A stretch of 64,000 nucleotides of DNA, from positions 448,001-512,000 of the forward strand of contig CAXXLV010000001.1 in NCBI GenBank assembly GCA_963664305.2. The letters run 5' to 3'. The first letter of the stretch is position 1. The number at the start of each line of letters is the position of its first letter. This DNA is from an uncultured Aliarcobacter sp. (GTDB lineage Bacteria > Campylobacterota > Campylobacteria > Campylobacterales > Arcobacteraceae). Both the position numbers and the translations under genes were made by a program. The notes under the pieces are model-generated. The model had not been told where the DNA came from. It made no database searches and was given only the letters and a program-made list of their open reading frames with translations. This document shows positions 1-10,691 of the stretch, piece after piece.

Positions 1-1465
1 AAACATTTTTTGTTGAAGTTATTAATCTTTTATAATAATACTTCTGTAAAGATTCTCTATCAAATTGTGTTGGAAGATTTGCCAATTGTTTTAATTTTGT
101 TGATAAGAATTTATCTTTTAAAGATATTTTTGGAATAAATGATTCATTAAAATCACAGATAATTACTACATCAAACTCTAAAGCTCTAGTTTCAAGTAAT
201 CCTAAAACAGTAATTTTCCCAGAATTAACATCATCAAGTGTGATTTTTGCTAACTTTTGTAAAAATATTTTAAATACATCTTTTAATAAAATATTGTTTT
301 CTTTTGAAAATAAAATAATATTTAGTTTATAAAGTAACTCATCATATTTTTCAATAAGCTCAACATCTGTCTCTTTTGATTTTATAAAGTCCGTAATAAA
401 AAGAAATAAATCTTTTGAAACATTTTTATTCCATAAAAATTTTATGTTTTTATCAATAAACAATTTATCAATTTGTAAAAAGTTTAAATTTTCAATATTT
501 TTAACTTCATCTTCATTCAAATATAAATATATTGCATTTGCAATTTGATAAAGATTTGTATTCTTAATACTTTTTCCCATTGCATAGTTAAAATACTTCT
601 CATCATCAAAAAGTTGGATATAAGATGCAAAATTTTCATCAGGTAAAACCAAAGCTATATTAGATGGATTTATACCACTTTTTACTGATTTTTCAATACA
701 TGATTTAATATAAGCTATTTGATTTAATCTAGAACTAAAACCTTTTGTTTCAAAAAATTCTAATTTACTATCTATTGGTTTTTCATCAATAATTTCATTT
801 TTTGTTAAATCATATTTAAATTTATAATCAAGTTTTATTTCTAAACCAAGATTTTTAAAAACTTCCAATGATTTTTGATTATAAATATTAGAATAAAATA
901 CAATTGTTATATTTATATATTTTGATATTTTTTCTATCATATCAAATTCAACTTTTGTAAAGTATCCTTCAAAATGTAACTCTATTGAGTCAAACTTATT
1001 CAAAAAATTTTCATTAATTTTATAGTGATTATTTAAATTTATTCTATCTACATAAGAATTTTTCTCTAAAATATTTACATAGTTATTTTTTATTACTTCT
1101 AATATTTGTAAATGCTCTAGATAAAAATCATAAGTGTCAACATTTTGTATCTGATTTATTTCAACTTTTTCACTTGCTAATTCAAGAAAAAATCTATAAA
1201 TATAATCACTTTGTTTTAAAAATTTAGTAAAATTATCAGAAATACCAAGTTTTTTTATATCAACGTTTTTTATTGCTTCATTTAAAAAAAGAACTCTTTG
1301 TTCTTCTTCACAATATTTTAGTTTATTTAATGTTATTGATTTTTTAAAAAATTCGTCGATTGTTAGAATAAAAGGCAAAAGAGTATTTTCACTCTTTTGA
1401 TTAGAAATAAAATTCCTAATTACCCTTGAAGTAGGAAAAACTAAAAGCTTTTTTTTAAATAGCAT
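1..1465 (-). CDS. addB: AddB-like PD-(D/E)XK recombination nuclease subunit, 5' part (runs off the left edge)
   Basis: Not in the ORF track because it has no stop in the window. ATG at 1465 reads MLFKKKLLVFPTSRVIR and overlaps the upstream stop. Position directly after the cco accessory genes matches Campylobacter addB. Confidence 0.7.
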   Translation of the reverse strand, partial: MLFKKKLLVFPTSRVIRNFISNQKSENTLLPFILTIDEFFKKSITLNKLKYCEEEQRVLFLNEAIKNVDIKKLGISDNFTKFLKQSDYIYRFFLELASEKVEINQIQNVDTYDFYLEHLQILEVIKNNYVNILEKNSYVDRINLNNHYKINENFLNKFDSIELHFEGYFTKVEFDMIEKISKYINITIVFYSNIYNQKSLEVFKNLGLEIKLDYKFKYDLTKNEIIDEKPIDSKLEFFETKGFSSRLNQIAYIKSCIEKSVKSGINPSNIALVLPDENFASYIQLFDDEKYFNYAMGKSIKNTNLYQIANAIYLYLNEDEVKNIENLNFLQIDKLFIDKNIKFLWNKNVSKDLFLFITDFIKSKETDVELIEKYDELLYKLNIILFSKENNILLKDVFKIFLQKLAKITLDDVNSGKITVLGLLETRALEFDVVIICDFNESFIPKISLKDKFLSTKLKQLANLPTQFDRESLQKYYYKRLITSTKNV

Positions 1466-2012
1466 TAGTTTTTATATAAATATATCCTATAGTTCCATCA
1501 ACTTTGAAACTACCAGTAATAATCCAATTATTTGACTCTTTTAATTCAAAAACTGTATTGTATGATTTTTCATTAGCTGTAAAATTTTCATCTTTTAAAA
1601 TAATATCACTATCATTTGATATTGTTTTAGAAACAACTAATTCAATATTTACATCTTTTTTTTCATTTGTATTTTTATCTAAAACTACAATTTTTAAATT
1701 ATTTTGCCCAACTTTTAATAAGTCTTTATGTAAAGAATATTTTTCAACAGCTCTTTGTGATAATTTTATATCATCAGTTGTTAAATCAAATTTTTTATCA
1801 TTTAAATAGAATTCAAAATTATATTTTGATAAAAATGCAAGATTTGATTCCATCATATTATTATAGTTTTCATCAACATCTTGATACTTTTTCATAAAAC
1901 TATGATCTTCTATTACAGGCACTTTTGTAGCACTCATAATAGTCCAAATAATCATTGAAAAAACAAAACTAAAAATTCCTATAAAAAACAGTGGCCAATA
2001 ATTTCTTTTCAT
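1455..2012 (-). CDS. FixH/CcoH-like cbb3 oxidase assembly protein
   Basis: N-terminal YWP plus TM helix, Y-Q-x-V-D-x-N-Y motif, located in the cco operon. Confidence 0.65.
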   Translation of the reverse strand: MKRNYWPLFFIGIFSFVFSMIIWTIMSATKVPVIEDHSFMKKYQDVDENYNNMMESNLAFLSKYNFEFYLNDKKFDLTTDDIKLSQRAVEKYSLHKDLLKVGQNNLKIVVLDKNTNEKKDVNIELVVSKTISNDSDIILKDENFTANEKSYNTVFELKESNNWIITGSFKVDGTIGYIYIKTNAI

Positions 2013-2016
2013 AAAT

Positions 2017-2646
2017 CTACTTTCTTTTTTTTAAAATTGCATAAGTATATGCTAATAATCCTAAAACTATTAAAGTATACATTACAACTCTCCAGATAGT
2101 ACTAGAAACTTTTCCTGAATTTCCTATACTACTTTCAAGTTTAATATTTTTTGATTCAGCTAGAGTATCAGCAATCGCAGCATAACCATTTAAACTTGCA
2201 GCACTTACTTTTGCAAATAATGTATTTTTATCTTTTGAAGCAAGTAATGGAACAACATATCCATCTAAAATGTCATTTTTATTAATTGTACTTTTAAAAT
2301 CATCACTTAATAGTAAATTTACATGTGTTTCTTCAACAGCAATAGTTAGTAAAACATATGGTTTTTCTACATTTGAAATTATTTGATTTTCAAAATTTTT
2401 AATAGCTTCAATTTTTTCTTTTGTTTTGATATTTTCATCTAATCCTAAAGTAGATTTTGCATATACGTAAATATTAACACCTAATTTAGATTTAGTTTCA
2501 TCACCTATTTGATTGATTTTATCTTTTGCTCTTTGATCAATTAGATTATCATCATTTAATATAAAATTTTGTGCAGATAAATTTTGACAGAAAAAAAGTA
2601 GAAGTGATAAAATCACTCCTACTCTAAAAAAAATATTTCTTTTCAT
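2017..2646 (-). CDS. Exported TPM-like domain protein with C-terminal membrane anchor (cco-associated)
   Basis: Signal peptide, C-terminal TM helix, conserved position after ccoP. Confidence 0.6.
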   Translation of the reverse strand: MKRNIFFRVGVILSLLLFFCQNLSAQNFILNDDNLIDQRAKDKINQIGDETKSKLGVNIYVYAKSTLGLDENIKTKEKIEAIKNFENQIISNVEKPYVLLTIAVEETHVNLLLSDDFKSTINKNDILDGYVVPLLASKDKNTLFAKVSAASLNGYAAIADTLAESKNIKLESSIGNSGKVSSTIWRVVMYTLIVLGLLAYTYAILKKRK

Positions 2647-2739
2647 TTAACCAACAAACACTTTTGTAGCATCAAAGAAACCATAATATACAGTCATAAC
2701 TGCAGATACTAAAAGTAAAACACCAATAATTTTTTCCAT
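2647..2739 (-). CDS. 30-aa single-TM small protein in the cco operon
   Basis: Read by hand: MEKIIGVLLLVSAVMTVYYGFFDATKVFVG*. SD AGGGG upstream; its stop abuts the next ATG. Confidence 0.75.
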   Translation of the reverse strand: MEKIIGVLLLVSAVMTVYYGFFDATKVFVG

Positions 2740-2749
2740 ATTTTACCCC

Positions 2750-2992
2750 TTATTTACCATTACCAACAAGTTGGTATTGTGTATGATTATCAGAACTATT
2801 CATTTTTAATCCATTTAAATCTTGATTGATTTTATAGAAATTACTAGCTTCATTCTGTTGAACTATAATAGCATTTGTAACTAAAACAGCAAGGATAGAT
2901 AATAACAGTACAACTGCGATTAACATACCCGTAACACCATTAAGTTTAAAAATACCTCTTTCATTTTCATTCATTTGTGTATTTCCAGCCAT
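2750..2992 (-). CDS. DUF4006-like small membrane protein (cco-associated)
   Basis: ENERGIFKLNGVTGMLIAVVLLLSIL motif, directly after ccoP. Confidence 0.7.
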   Translation of the reverse strand: MAGNTQMNENERGIFKLNGVTGMLIAVVLLLSILAVLVTNAIIVQQNEASNFYKINQDLNGLKMNSSDNHTQYQLVGNGK

Positions 2993-2993
2993 C

Positions 2994-3884
2994 TTACTCT
3001 CCTAAACTTCTTAAATATGAAGCTAAAGCTTTTTCTTGAGTTTCGTTAAGTCTTCCATTAAAGCTTGGCATTGCTCCGATTGAACCTTTTTTACCATCTT
3101 TTAATACAGCCATAACTAATGCATCATCATAAGCTCTGATATTTGGAGCAACCATCTCCATACCATTTCCATCAGCACCATGACAACCAGCACAAACTGC
3201 AAACCCTGCAGGTTGCTCACCTTTAAATCCACCAGCAACATAAGAAGCAACTTCATTAATGTCTGCATCTTCTGTTAACATCATTGGAGGCATTCCAGCT
3301 GGATATGTTGATGTTAAGTTATTTGAACCATTTTTGATAACATAAACAACTTGTTCTTTACTCATTCTCTTAGTTAAGTTTTGAGCTTTTCCTTCAATAC
3401 CTTCTCCATCAACACCGTGACAAGGAGCACATTGAACTAAGAAAACAGATTGTCCCATCGCTTTTAAAGTTTCAGAAGATGGATTTTCCCATTTTTTCTC
3501 AAATTTAGCATTGTATTCTAAAGTCTCTTCATTCCATTGACCAATTTGTGAGAAACCATTAATTGGGTAACCAACTGTGAAATACCAAAACATCCAAATA
3601 ATAGAACCAATAAATGCTAATCCCCAACCTGTTGGAATTGGATTTTTATATTCACCAATACCATCCCATTTTTCTTCAGCTAATTCACCACTAGCTGTAT
3701 CATTTTTCATTTGATTAACATATTTTAATGCAACAAATACAGTAATTGTAATAATTGCAACAGCACCTAACATTGTTAAGCTGTTAATATAATCATCACC
3801 GTTAAAAGCATCACCTGCTGAGAAGTAAGTTCCTGCTAATAAAGCGATGATAAGAATTATTCCACCTATAACCATAGATTTCAT
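2994..3884 (-). CDS. ccoP: cbb3-type cytochrome c oxidase subunit III
   Basis: WDGIGEYKNPIP motif, two CXXCH heme motifs (CAPCH, CAGCH). Confidence 0.95.
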   Translation of the reverse strand: MKSMVIGGIILIIALLAGTYFSAGDAFNGDDYINSLTMLGAVAIITITVFVALKYVNQMKNDTASGELAEEKWDGIGEYKNPIPTGWGLAFIGSIIWMFWYFTVGYPINGFSQIGQWNEETLEYNAKFEKKWENPSSETLKAMGQSVFLVQCAPCHGVDGEGIEGKAQNLTKRMSKEQVVYVIKNGSNNLTSTYPAGMPPMMLTEDADINEVASYVAGGFKGEQPAGFAVCAGCHGADGNGMEMVAPNIRAYDDALVMAVLKDGKKGSIGAMPSFNGRLNETQEKALASYLRSLGE

Positions 3885-3885
3885 C

Positions 3886-4110
3886 TTATTTCTCCTTATT
3901 ATCTATATCTTTATCTTTTTTTCTTTCTTCTAAAGGCATAGAAACACTTGAATCATCATGCACAAGTTTTGAATATTTTTCAAAATCTCTTTCCCCTGAT
4001 TTATCTCTTTTATAAATAGAATAAGCATAAGAGTAAAATATGATAAATACTGCTAAAATCAAAAAGAACTTAGCATAACCTTGCACTGTTAAAAGTGTTT
4101 CATAATCCAT
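3886..4110 (-). CDS. ccoQ: cbb3-type cytochrome c oxidase subunit IV
   Basis: 74-aa single-TM protein between ccoO and ccoP. Confidence 0.9.
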   Translation of the reverse strand: MDYETLLTVQGYAKFFLILAVFIIFYSYAYSIYKRDKSGERDFEKYSKLVHDDSSVSMPLEERKKDKDIDNKEK

Positions 4111-4119
4111 TGATAACCC

Positions 4120-4785
4120 TTATTTTAAAGAATTTAAATATGCAATTAATGCAACTATTTCAGGAACTTGACCATTTGCAACAGCTTGTTTAACTGCTTC
4201 ATTTTTCATACTAGCTGCAATAACTTTTGCTTCTTCTAAAGCAGAAGCTTTTGCTTCTTCCCATGATCCAAGTTTAGGCATACCTTCTTGATCATAAGGT
4301 GTATTAAATACATTTTTAACAGTATATGCTTCTGCATAAGCTGTTTCTATATCAGCTATATTACTAAATTGGTGTTTGTAAGCTGGCATAATACTTCCAG
4401 GTACAACTGATGAAGGTTGCCACATGTGATTTTCATGCCAATCTGTTGTTCTATAGTTTCCAACTCTCATTAAATCTGGACCTGTTCTTTTTGATCCCCA
4501 TAAGAATGGTCTATCATAAGCATATTCTCCAGATAATGAATACATACCATATCTATCAGTCTCAGCTTTAAATGGTCTAATTAATTGAGAGTGACAAGCA
4601 TTACAAGAATCTTTAATATAAACTTGTCTTCCAGCTAATTCTAAAACGCTGTATGGTTTTGTACCAACAGCTGGTCTACTTTGTTTTGCAAAATCTGGAA
4701 TAACTTCAACTATACCTGCAAATGAAACAAATAAAAACACTAGTACCGCAAAGAAAAACGGTCTTTGTTCAAACCAATGAAACAT
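4120..4785 (-). CDS. ccoO: cbb3-type cytochrome c oxidase subunit II
   Basis: CNACHSQLIRP and WGSKRTGPDL motifs. Confidence 0.97.
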   Translation of the reverse strand: MFHWFEQRPFFFAVLVFLFVSFAGIVEVIPDFAKQSRPAVGTKPYSVLELAGRQVYIKDSCNACHSQLIRPFKAETDRYGMYSLSGEYAYDRPFLWGSKRTGPDLMRVGNYRTTDWHENHMWQPSSVVPGSIMPAYKHQFSNIADIETAYAEAYTVKNVFNTPYDQEGMPKLGSWEEAKASALEEAKVIAASMKNEAVKQAVANGQVPEIVALIAYLNSLK

Positions 4786-4799
4786 AATTTCTCCTTTTC

Positions 4800-6266
4800 T
4801 TACGCAGCTACTGGTGTAGCATTTACTGGTTCTTTATCAAGTACTCTACCACATTTAACTGTTTTGTAAATGTTGTATGCAAATAAGAAGAATCCAATTA
4901 GGTATAATAAACCACCAACTGCTCTAATTGTATAGTATGGATGTAATACAGTAACTGTATCAATAAATGAATATACTAATGAACCATATTCATCATAAGC
5001 TCTCCACATCATACCTTGTGTAATACCTGCAATCCACATTGAAGTAAAGTATAAAACGATACCTGTAGTTTGTAACCAGAATTGTGTATCCATTAATGAT
5101 TTAGAATATAATTCTCTTTTATACATTCTTGGAACCATATGGAATAATGCAGACATAATCATAAATACAACCCATCCTAAAACACCATCATGTACGTGTC
5201 CTGGAATCCAGTCAGTAAAGTGTGCAATAGCATTTACAGATTTAATAGCTTGAATTGGTCCTTCAATTGTTGATAACATATAGAAAGTTGAAGCTAATAC
5301 CATAAATTTGATTAGTGTATTTGTTTGTAATTGTTGCCACTCACCCTTCATTGTTAAAAGCATATTAATAGCTGATCCCCATGATGGTAAAATTAAAACA
5401 ACAGACATAACTGAACCCATAGTTTGCATCCAATCTGGAACTGTTGAATAAATAAGGTGGTGTCCACCAGCCCATAAATAAACAAATAATAATCCCCAGA
5501 ATGCTAAGATAGATAGTTTATATGAATAAACGTTTTGTCCAGATTCTTTTGGTAAGAAGTAATAAATTAATGCAATAATTGGAGTTGTGAAAACGAATGC
5601 AACAGCATTATGACCAAACCACCATTGAACTAATGCATCATTAGTTCCTGCATACATAGAAACAGAGTGAATCCATGAACCATAACCAGATACTAGTTTT
5701 GTTGGAACTTCCATATTATTAAATAAATATAACATTGCAACTGCGATGAATGTAGCAATGAAATACCATAAAGAAATATAAAGTGTTCTTTCTCTTCTAA
5801 TACCAATAATACCAAAGATTGAAATACCCCATAATACCCACCATACAACAACTAAAATGTCAATTGGCCACTCTAACTCTGCATACTCTTTTGATGTTGT
5901 AATACCCATAAATAAAGTTACAACAGCTAATAGGATTGTAATAAAATATAAAACAAAGTGTAACTTAGCAATAGCCATTAAAAAAGGTGACTCTTTTAAT
6001 GATACTTTTAAAACTCTTTGCGAAATATAATACCATCCAGCAAAAATACCACTTAGTGCGAAACCATATGCAACACCATTAGTGTGTAAAGGTCTTAATC
6101 TACTAAATGTACCATACTCCCCAGCTAAATAGTTTAACTGTGGGAATGCCAATTGAAACGCAAGTACAACACCAATTGTCATACCAATGATACCAAACAA
6201 AATTGTTGCAAATGTAAAGGCTTTTGCAACTGAGTAATCGTACTCAATTTGTGCACCGTTTTGCAT
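4800..6266 (-). CDS. ccoN: cbb3-type cytochrome c oxidase subunit I
   Basis: RLRPLHTN, WWFGHNAVAF, GGHHL and GHVH motifs. ATG at 6266 preferred because SD GGAGGAG lies at 6271-6277. Confidence 0.98.
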   Translation of the reverse strand: MQNGAQIEYDYSVAKAFTFATILFGIIGMTIGVVLAFQLAFPQLNYLAGEYGTFSRLRPLHTNGVAYGFALSGIFAGWYYISQRVLKVSLKESPFLMAIAKLHFVLYFITILLAVVTLFMGITTSKEYAELEWPIDILVVVWWVLWGISIFGIIGIRRERTLYISLWYFIATFIAVAMLYLFNNMEVPTKLVSGYGSWIHSVSMYAGTNDALVQWWFGHNAVAFVFTTPIIALIYYFLPKESGQNVYSYKLSILAFWGLLFVYLWAGGHHLIYSTVPDWMQTMGSVMSVVLILPSWGSAINMLLTMKGEWQQLQTNTLIKFMVLASTFYMLSTIEGPIQAIKSVNAIAHFTDWIPGHVHDGVLGWVVFMIMSALFHMVPRMYKRELYSKSLMDTQFWLQTTGIVLYFTSMWIAGITQGMMWRAYDEYGSLVYSFIDTVTVLHPYYTIRAVGGLLYLIGFFLFAYNIYKTVKCGRVLDKEPVNATPVAA

Positions 6267-6322
6267 CAATCTCCTCCTACTAATTTTATATACAAGTCAC
6301 AAAAATGTCACTCATTGCGGTA

Positions 6323-6374
6323 ATCATAGCTAACAGAAACTTAAAATCAACAAAAAAATTAACGAAAAATTAAC
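6323..6374 (-). promoter_or_regulatory. Putative ccoN promoter with upstream phased direct repeats
   Basis: Minus strand TTTAAG-N11-TATGAT (6345-6323), preceded by GTT(A/G)ATTT repeats at 6344, 6356 and 6367. Confidence 0.5.
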
Positions 6375-6429
6375 AAATAAAACACTATTTTTATTATAAT
6401 TTTTACTTATAAATAAGATAGAAAATATC

Positions 6430-6906
6430 TTATTTATATGATTTTAGTACTTGTTCGGTCTCCCTTTTTAGGGTTTTTACTTTTAAATCTTCTCTTTTAT
6501 CATGCAATTTTTTACCTTGAGCAGTTGCTACTTCAACTTTAACCATATTTTTATCATTAAAATAAAGTTTTAAAGCAACTAAAGTGATTCCATCTTTTGT
6601 CACTTTTGAATACATTTTATCAATTTGTTTTGAATGTAATAATAGCTTTCTTGCTCTTCTTTCATCAGGTCTATATGTTGTATGCGTAGTACTTAGATGA
6701 GAGATATGTGCATTAAGCAAAAAAACTTCACCTTTTATAATTCTTACAAAAGAGTCTTTCAAATTCACTCTTCCTTCTCTTATTGCTTTTACTTCACTTC
6801 CTTCTAACATAATTCCAGCTTCTAAAGAATCTAAAATTGTAAAATCATGAAATGCTTTTTTATTTTTAAAAACTAAATTTTTTTTTGTATCTTTTTTATT
6901 TGCCAT
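6430..6906 (-). CDS. smpB: SsrA-binding protein
   Basis: [23 protein letters not shown] and GKKLHDKRE motifs. Confidence 0.97.
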   Translation of the reverse strand: MANKKDTKKNLVFKNKKAFHDFTILDSLEAGIMLEGSEVKAIREGRVNLKDSFVRIIKGEVFLLNAHISHLSTTHTTYRPDERRARKLLLHSKQIDKMYSKVTKDGITLVALKLYFNDKNMVKVEVATAQGKKLHDKREDLKVKTLKRETEQVLKSYK

Positions 6907-7672
6907 TATTTATCCTAAAAAATGAACTTCCACTTCCGCTAAAATACCAATCTTTTTTTTCATAAACACTTAGTTGTGGATAAAGACTAAGTGCACTTTC
7001 ATATAAATCATTTGCTTCTTTTATATCTAATTCTTTTAAAATATCTGTTGATTTCATATCAAGTAATTTTTTTGCTTCTTCTTTTGATATTTGTTTATAA
7101 AATTTTTCCCTAAATATTTTAAAAATTTCACCTGTATTACATTTTATTTTTGGTGTAATCGTTTCTATATCTAAAATATCTTCGTCAAATTTTTCTACTA
7201 TTTCTCCAATTCCTGTTACATTTGCACTATCATATTCATAAACAAAGAATGGAACATCAGCACCAACTTGTGCACCAATCTTTGATAATTCATCTTTTGA
7301 CAAATTTAAATTGCAATATTTATTTACCATAACCAAAAATGTTGCTGCATTTGAACTTCCACCGCCAAGTCCGGCAAACTCTGGAATATTTTTTTCAATT
7401 TTTATTTCATGATTTAAAAAAAATTCTTCAACACCATCAAAATTTTTTATTAAATTGTATGCTTTATATACAGTATTTGAGTCCATTTTACAACCAAAAT
7501 CCCCTATAATTGTAATTGCTTTCCTACTAGATTTAACAAATGATATAATGTCATACAAATTATGAACTCGTACAAATCTTGATACGAGTTCGTGATAATT
7601 TTCTCTTTTGTCTGCAATTTTTAAAAAAATATTTACTTTAGCATACGATTTTTCAATCATTTCATTTTTCAT
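6896..7672 (-). CDS. ispE: 4-diphosphocytidyl-2-C-methyl-D-erythritol kinase
   Basis: [28 protein letters not shown] and SGSGS motifs. Confidence 0.95.
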   Translation of the reverse strand: MKNEMIEKSYAKVNIFLKIADKRENYHELVSRFVRVHNLYDIISFVKSSRKAITIIGDFGCKMDSNTVYKAYNLIKNFDGVEEFFLNHEIKIEKNIPEFAGLGGGSSNAATFLVMVNKYCNLNLSKDELSKIGAQVGADVPFFVYEYDSANVTGIGEIVEKFDEDILDIETITPKIKCNTGEIFKIFREKFYKQISKEEAKKLLDMKSTDILKELDIKEANDLYESALSLYPQLSVYEKKDWYFSGSGSSFFRINNGK

Positions 7673-8519
7673 ATTTTGGTACCCTATTTACTAAATATTT
7701 TATATCACCATCAATTATTTCAATTATAGAAAAATAGTTTTCTGTTATTATAAGATATTTTCCATTCTCTTTTTTTTCAACATAATCTAAACCTATTCTT
7801 TTACCTTGAACCAGCCACTCTTGTGTTCCAAAATATTTATTTATAGGTAAATCAATAAAATCTAGTGGATCTAACTCTTTTTCATTATCAAAAAAGAATT
7901 TTCCTTCATTTAATCTCTCAAGATAAGATAATGTCCCTACTCTATCTAATTTTTCTAATAAAACTTGTGCAAAAGACCTTACATATGTTCCTTCACTAAC
8001 AGTTACTTCAAAAGTTATAAAAGGATGTCTATATGAAATAAATTTTGTATTATATACATTCATTGTTGTTTTTGATAATTGTACTTCTTCACCATTTCTA
8101 GCAAGTTCATAAGCTCTTTTACCATCAATTTTTTTTGCTGAAAATTTTGGTGGTGTATATTCTATTTTTCCATTTAATAAATTTAACTCATCAATTATCT
8201 TTTTTTCATCCACTTTATCAACTAAATTAATATCAATAATTTGTTCTATATCAAAAGATTCAGATTCAACACCTAACCAAATAACAGCTTTATAAGTTTT
8301 AGGTGTTTTTGATATATATTTGAAAAGTTTTGCATATTGACCAAATGCAACTATCAAACACCCTTTTGCGAAAGGATCTAAAGTTCCACTAAAACCTGCT
8401 TTTTTATTTTTAAACTTTCTTTTTATTCTATTTAAATAAGAGTTCGAACTTATAAAAATTGGTTTATTCACAACCAATAATTTATTTATTTGTTCTTTTT
8501 CATAAAATCTAACTTGCAA
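7662..8519 (-). CDS. truB: tRNA pseudouridine(55) synthase
   Basis: GFSGTLDPFA, PPKFSAKKIDGKRAYELAR and GTYVRS motifs; TTG start. Confidence 0.95.
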   Translation of the reverse strand: MQVRFYEKEQINKLLVVNKPIFISSNSYLNRIKRKFKNKKAGFSGTLDPFAKGCLIVAFGQYAKLFKYISKTPKTYKAVIWLGVESESFDIEQIIDINLVDKVDEKKIIDELNLLNGKIEYTPPKFSAKKIDGKRAYELARNGEEVQLSKTTMNVYNTKFISYRHPFITFEVTVSEGTYVRSFAQVLLEKLDRVGTLSYLERLNEGKFFFDNEKELDPLDFIDLPINKYFGTQEWLVQGKRIGLDYVEKKENGKYLIITENYFSIIEIIDGDIKYLVNRVPKYEK

Positions 8520-8532
8520 GAGAATTATCCTA

Positions 8533-10587
8533 TTATGCTTTTTCTACAAATGAAGATAAAATATCTCTATGAGTTCCACCAAAATTTATTGTAAGTTTAT
8601 AATCTTTACCAGCATTTGTTGCTTTTTCGACTCTACCCATACCAAAAATTTTATGTTGAACTAAATCACCTTTTTTAAAGCCTGATTGTTTTTCGATAGT
8701 TAAACTTCCTTTAATAAGTCCACATTCACTTAAAAATCTACTTTTAATTAAACTTGTTCTTTTACCTTTGTAAAATCTTGAATGAACAAAAGATAAAGTA
8801 AGATTATCCATTGCACGTGTTATTGCAACGTAACCTAATCTTCTTTCCTCTTCTAAATCACAACCATCACCAGTTATAGGGAAAAAGCCTTCTTCAAATC
8901 CAATAATAAATAGTTTTTTAAACTCTAAACCTTTTGAAGCATGGATACTCATCATAGAAACAGCTTCACCACTATAATCATCATTTTCACTTTCAAGAGC
9001 TATTTCATTTAAAAAATCTTTTAAATCCAAATGTGGATTTTGAATAAAATAATCTCTAATGTATCCATAAAACTCATCAATATTTGCTTGTCTTTCAAAA
9101 CCATCTGGTAAATTATCATATGAAGCTCTGTAATCAAAAGTCTCTTCAAAACTATCTAAAAATTTCATTTTTGATTCACCAAGGAGTTCTTTTAAATCTA
9201 AAATAGATGCTTCAAATACTTTTAAAGTTCTAGAGTTTTTTTTACCAACAATTGCACTTATTTCATCTGAATCTAAATTTTGAATTAAATCAAAAATTGA
9301 TTTTCCTGTTTCTATTGATTTCGCTTCAAGTTTATCAATAGTTGTTTTCCCAATTCCACGTTTTGGTTTATTTATAATTCTTTTTATAGAAAAGTTATCA
9401 TTTGAATTTGTTAATATTCTAAAATATGCTATCAAATCTTTGATTTCACTTCTTTCGTAAAACTTCATCCCACCAACAAGTTTATAGTGAAGCCCAGCTT
9501 TATTAAAGCCCTCTTCTAAAGAACGAGATAATGCATTTACTCTAAATAAAATAGCGATATTTTTTGGATTTTCACCGCTATTTATCAATTTTCTAATATC
9601 TTCAACTATTTTTCTAGTTTCTTCATTTTCATCTTGTGATTCATAAACTTTAATAGAATCACCTTTTACTCTTGTTCCAATTAATTTTTTACCTAATCTA
9701 TCTCTATTATGTTCTATCAATTGATTAGCATGATTTAAAATTGTATCAGTTGACCGATAGTTCTCTTCAAGTTTTACTACAATAGTGTTTTCAAAATGTT
9801 CTGAAAAATTTAAAATATTTTTTATAGTTGCTCCACGCCATCCATAAATAGATTGGTCATCATCACCAACTACACAAAGATTATTGTGATTTGAACATAA
9901 TAATCTCAAAAGTCTATATTGTAATTCATTTGTATCTTGATACTCATCTACCATTATATATTGATACTTTTGACTTATCTCTTTTGCTAAATTTTCATTG
10001 TTTTTTAAAATTTTATATGGAAGTAATAATAAATCATCAAAATCAACTAAATTGTTTTTTTCTAAATACTCTTCATATTGTTCATAAATCTCTGCAATTT
10101 GTTGATAAAGCTTTAATTGAGCTGCACTTTTTGCTTCACTAGGAGTCATCAAAGAGTTTTTATATTTTGATATTTCTGAAACAAGTAATGATGTAGTAAT
10201 ATCTTTATCTAATGATTTTAATATTCTTTTTTTATCATCAGTATCTATTATAATAAAATTGTTTTTTCTTCCTAATTCACTGATATAAAATTTAAGAAAT
10301 AAAAGACCAAATTTATGAAAAGTACATAATAAAGGTGGAGTATTTATCATTGAAGAATCTAACATATTAAAGGCTCTTTCACGCATTTCACTTGCAGCTT
10401 TATTTGTAAATGTAAGTGTTAATATTGAACGTGGATCTATACCTATTGATATCAAATAAGCAAGTCTTGTGGTAATAGTTTTTGTTTTACCAGAGCCTGC
10501 ACCTGCTAAAATAAGCAGAGGTCCATCAATATGTTGCGCCGCAATTTTCTGTGATTCATTTAATGATGTTAATAAATTTTCAGACAT
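8533..10587 (-). CDS. uvrD: UvrD/PcrA ATP-dependent DNA helicase
   Basis: AGAGSGKT, VDEYQDTN, GDDDQSIYGWRGA, HASKGLEF and EERRLGYVAITRA motifs. Confidence 0.95.
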   Translation of the reverse strand: MSENLLTSLNESQKIAAQHIDGPLLILAGAGSGKTKTITTRLAYLISIGIDPRSILTLTFTNKAASEMRERAFNMLDSSMINTPPLLCTFHKFGLLFLKFYISELGRKNNFIIIDTDDKKRILKSLDKDITTSLLVSEISKYKNSLMTPSEAKSAAQLKLYQQIAEIYEQYEEYLEKNNLVDFDDLLLLPYKILKNNENLAKEISQKYQYIMVDEYQDTNELQYRLLRLLCSNHNNLCVVGDDDQSIYGWRGATIKNILNFSEHFENTIVVKLEENYRSTDTILNHANQLIEHNRDRLGKKLIGTRVKGDSIKVYESQDENEETRKIVEDIRKLINSGENPKNIAILFRVNALSRSLEEGFNKAGLHYKLVGGMKFYERSEIKDLIAYFRILTNSNDNFSIKRIINKPKRGIGKTTIDKLEAKSIETGKSIFDLIQNLDSDEISAIVGKKNSRTLKVFEASILDLKELLGESKMKFLDSFEETFDYRASYDNLPDGFERQANIDEFYGYIRDYFIQNPHLDLKDFLNEIALESENDDYSGEAVSMMSIHASKGLEFKKLFIIGFEEGFFPITGDGCDLEEERRLGYVAITRAMDNLTLSFVHSRFYKGKRTSLIKSRFLSECGLIKGSLTIEKQSGFKKGDLVQHKIFGMGRVEKATNAGKDYKLTINFGGTHRDILSSFVEKA

Positions 10588-10691
10588 TTTTTCTCCAATT
10601 ATTATTTATTATATCATATATTATATAAATTCATTATTTCTCTTAATTATTCTATATATAAATAAATGTTATCATTTTCATAATTTATTTT

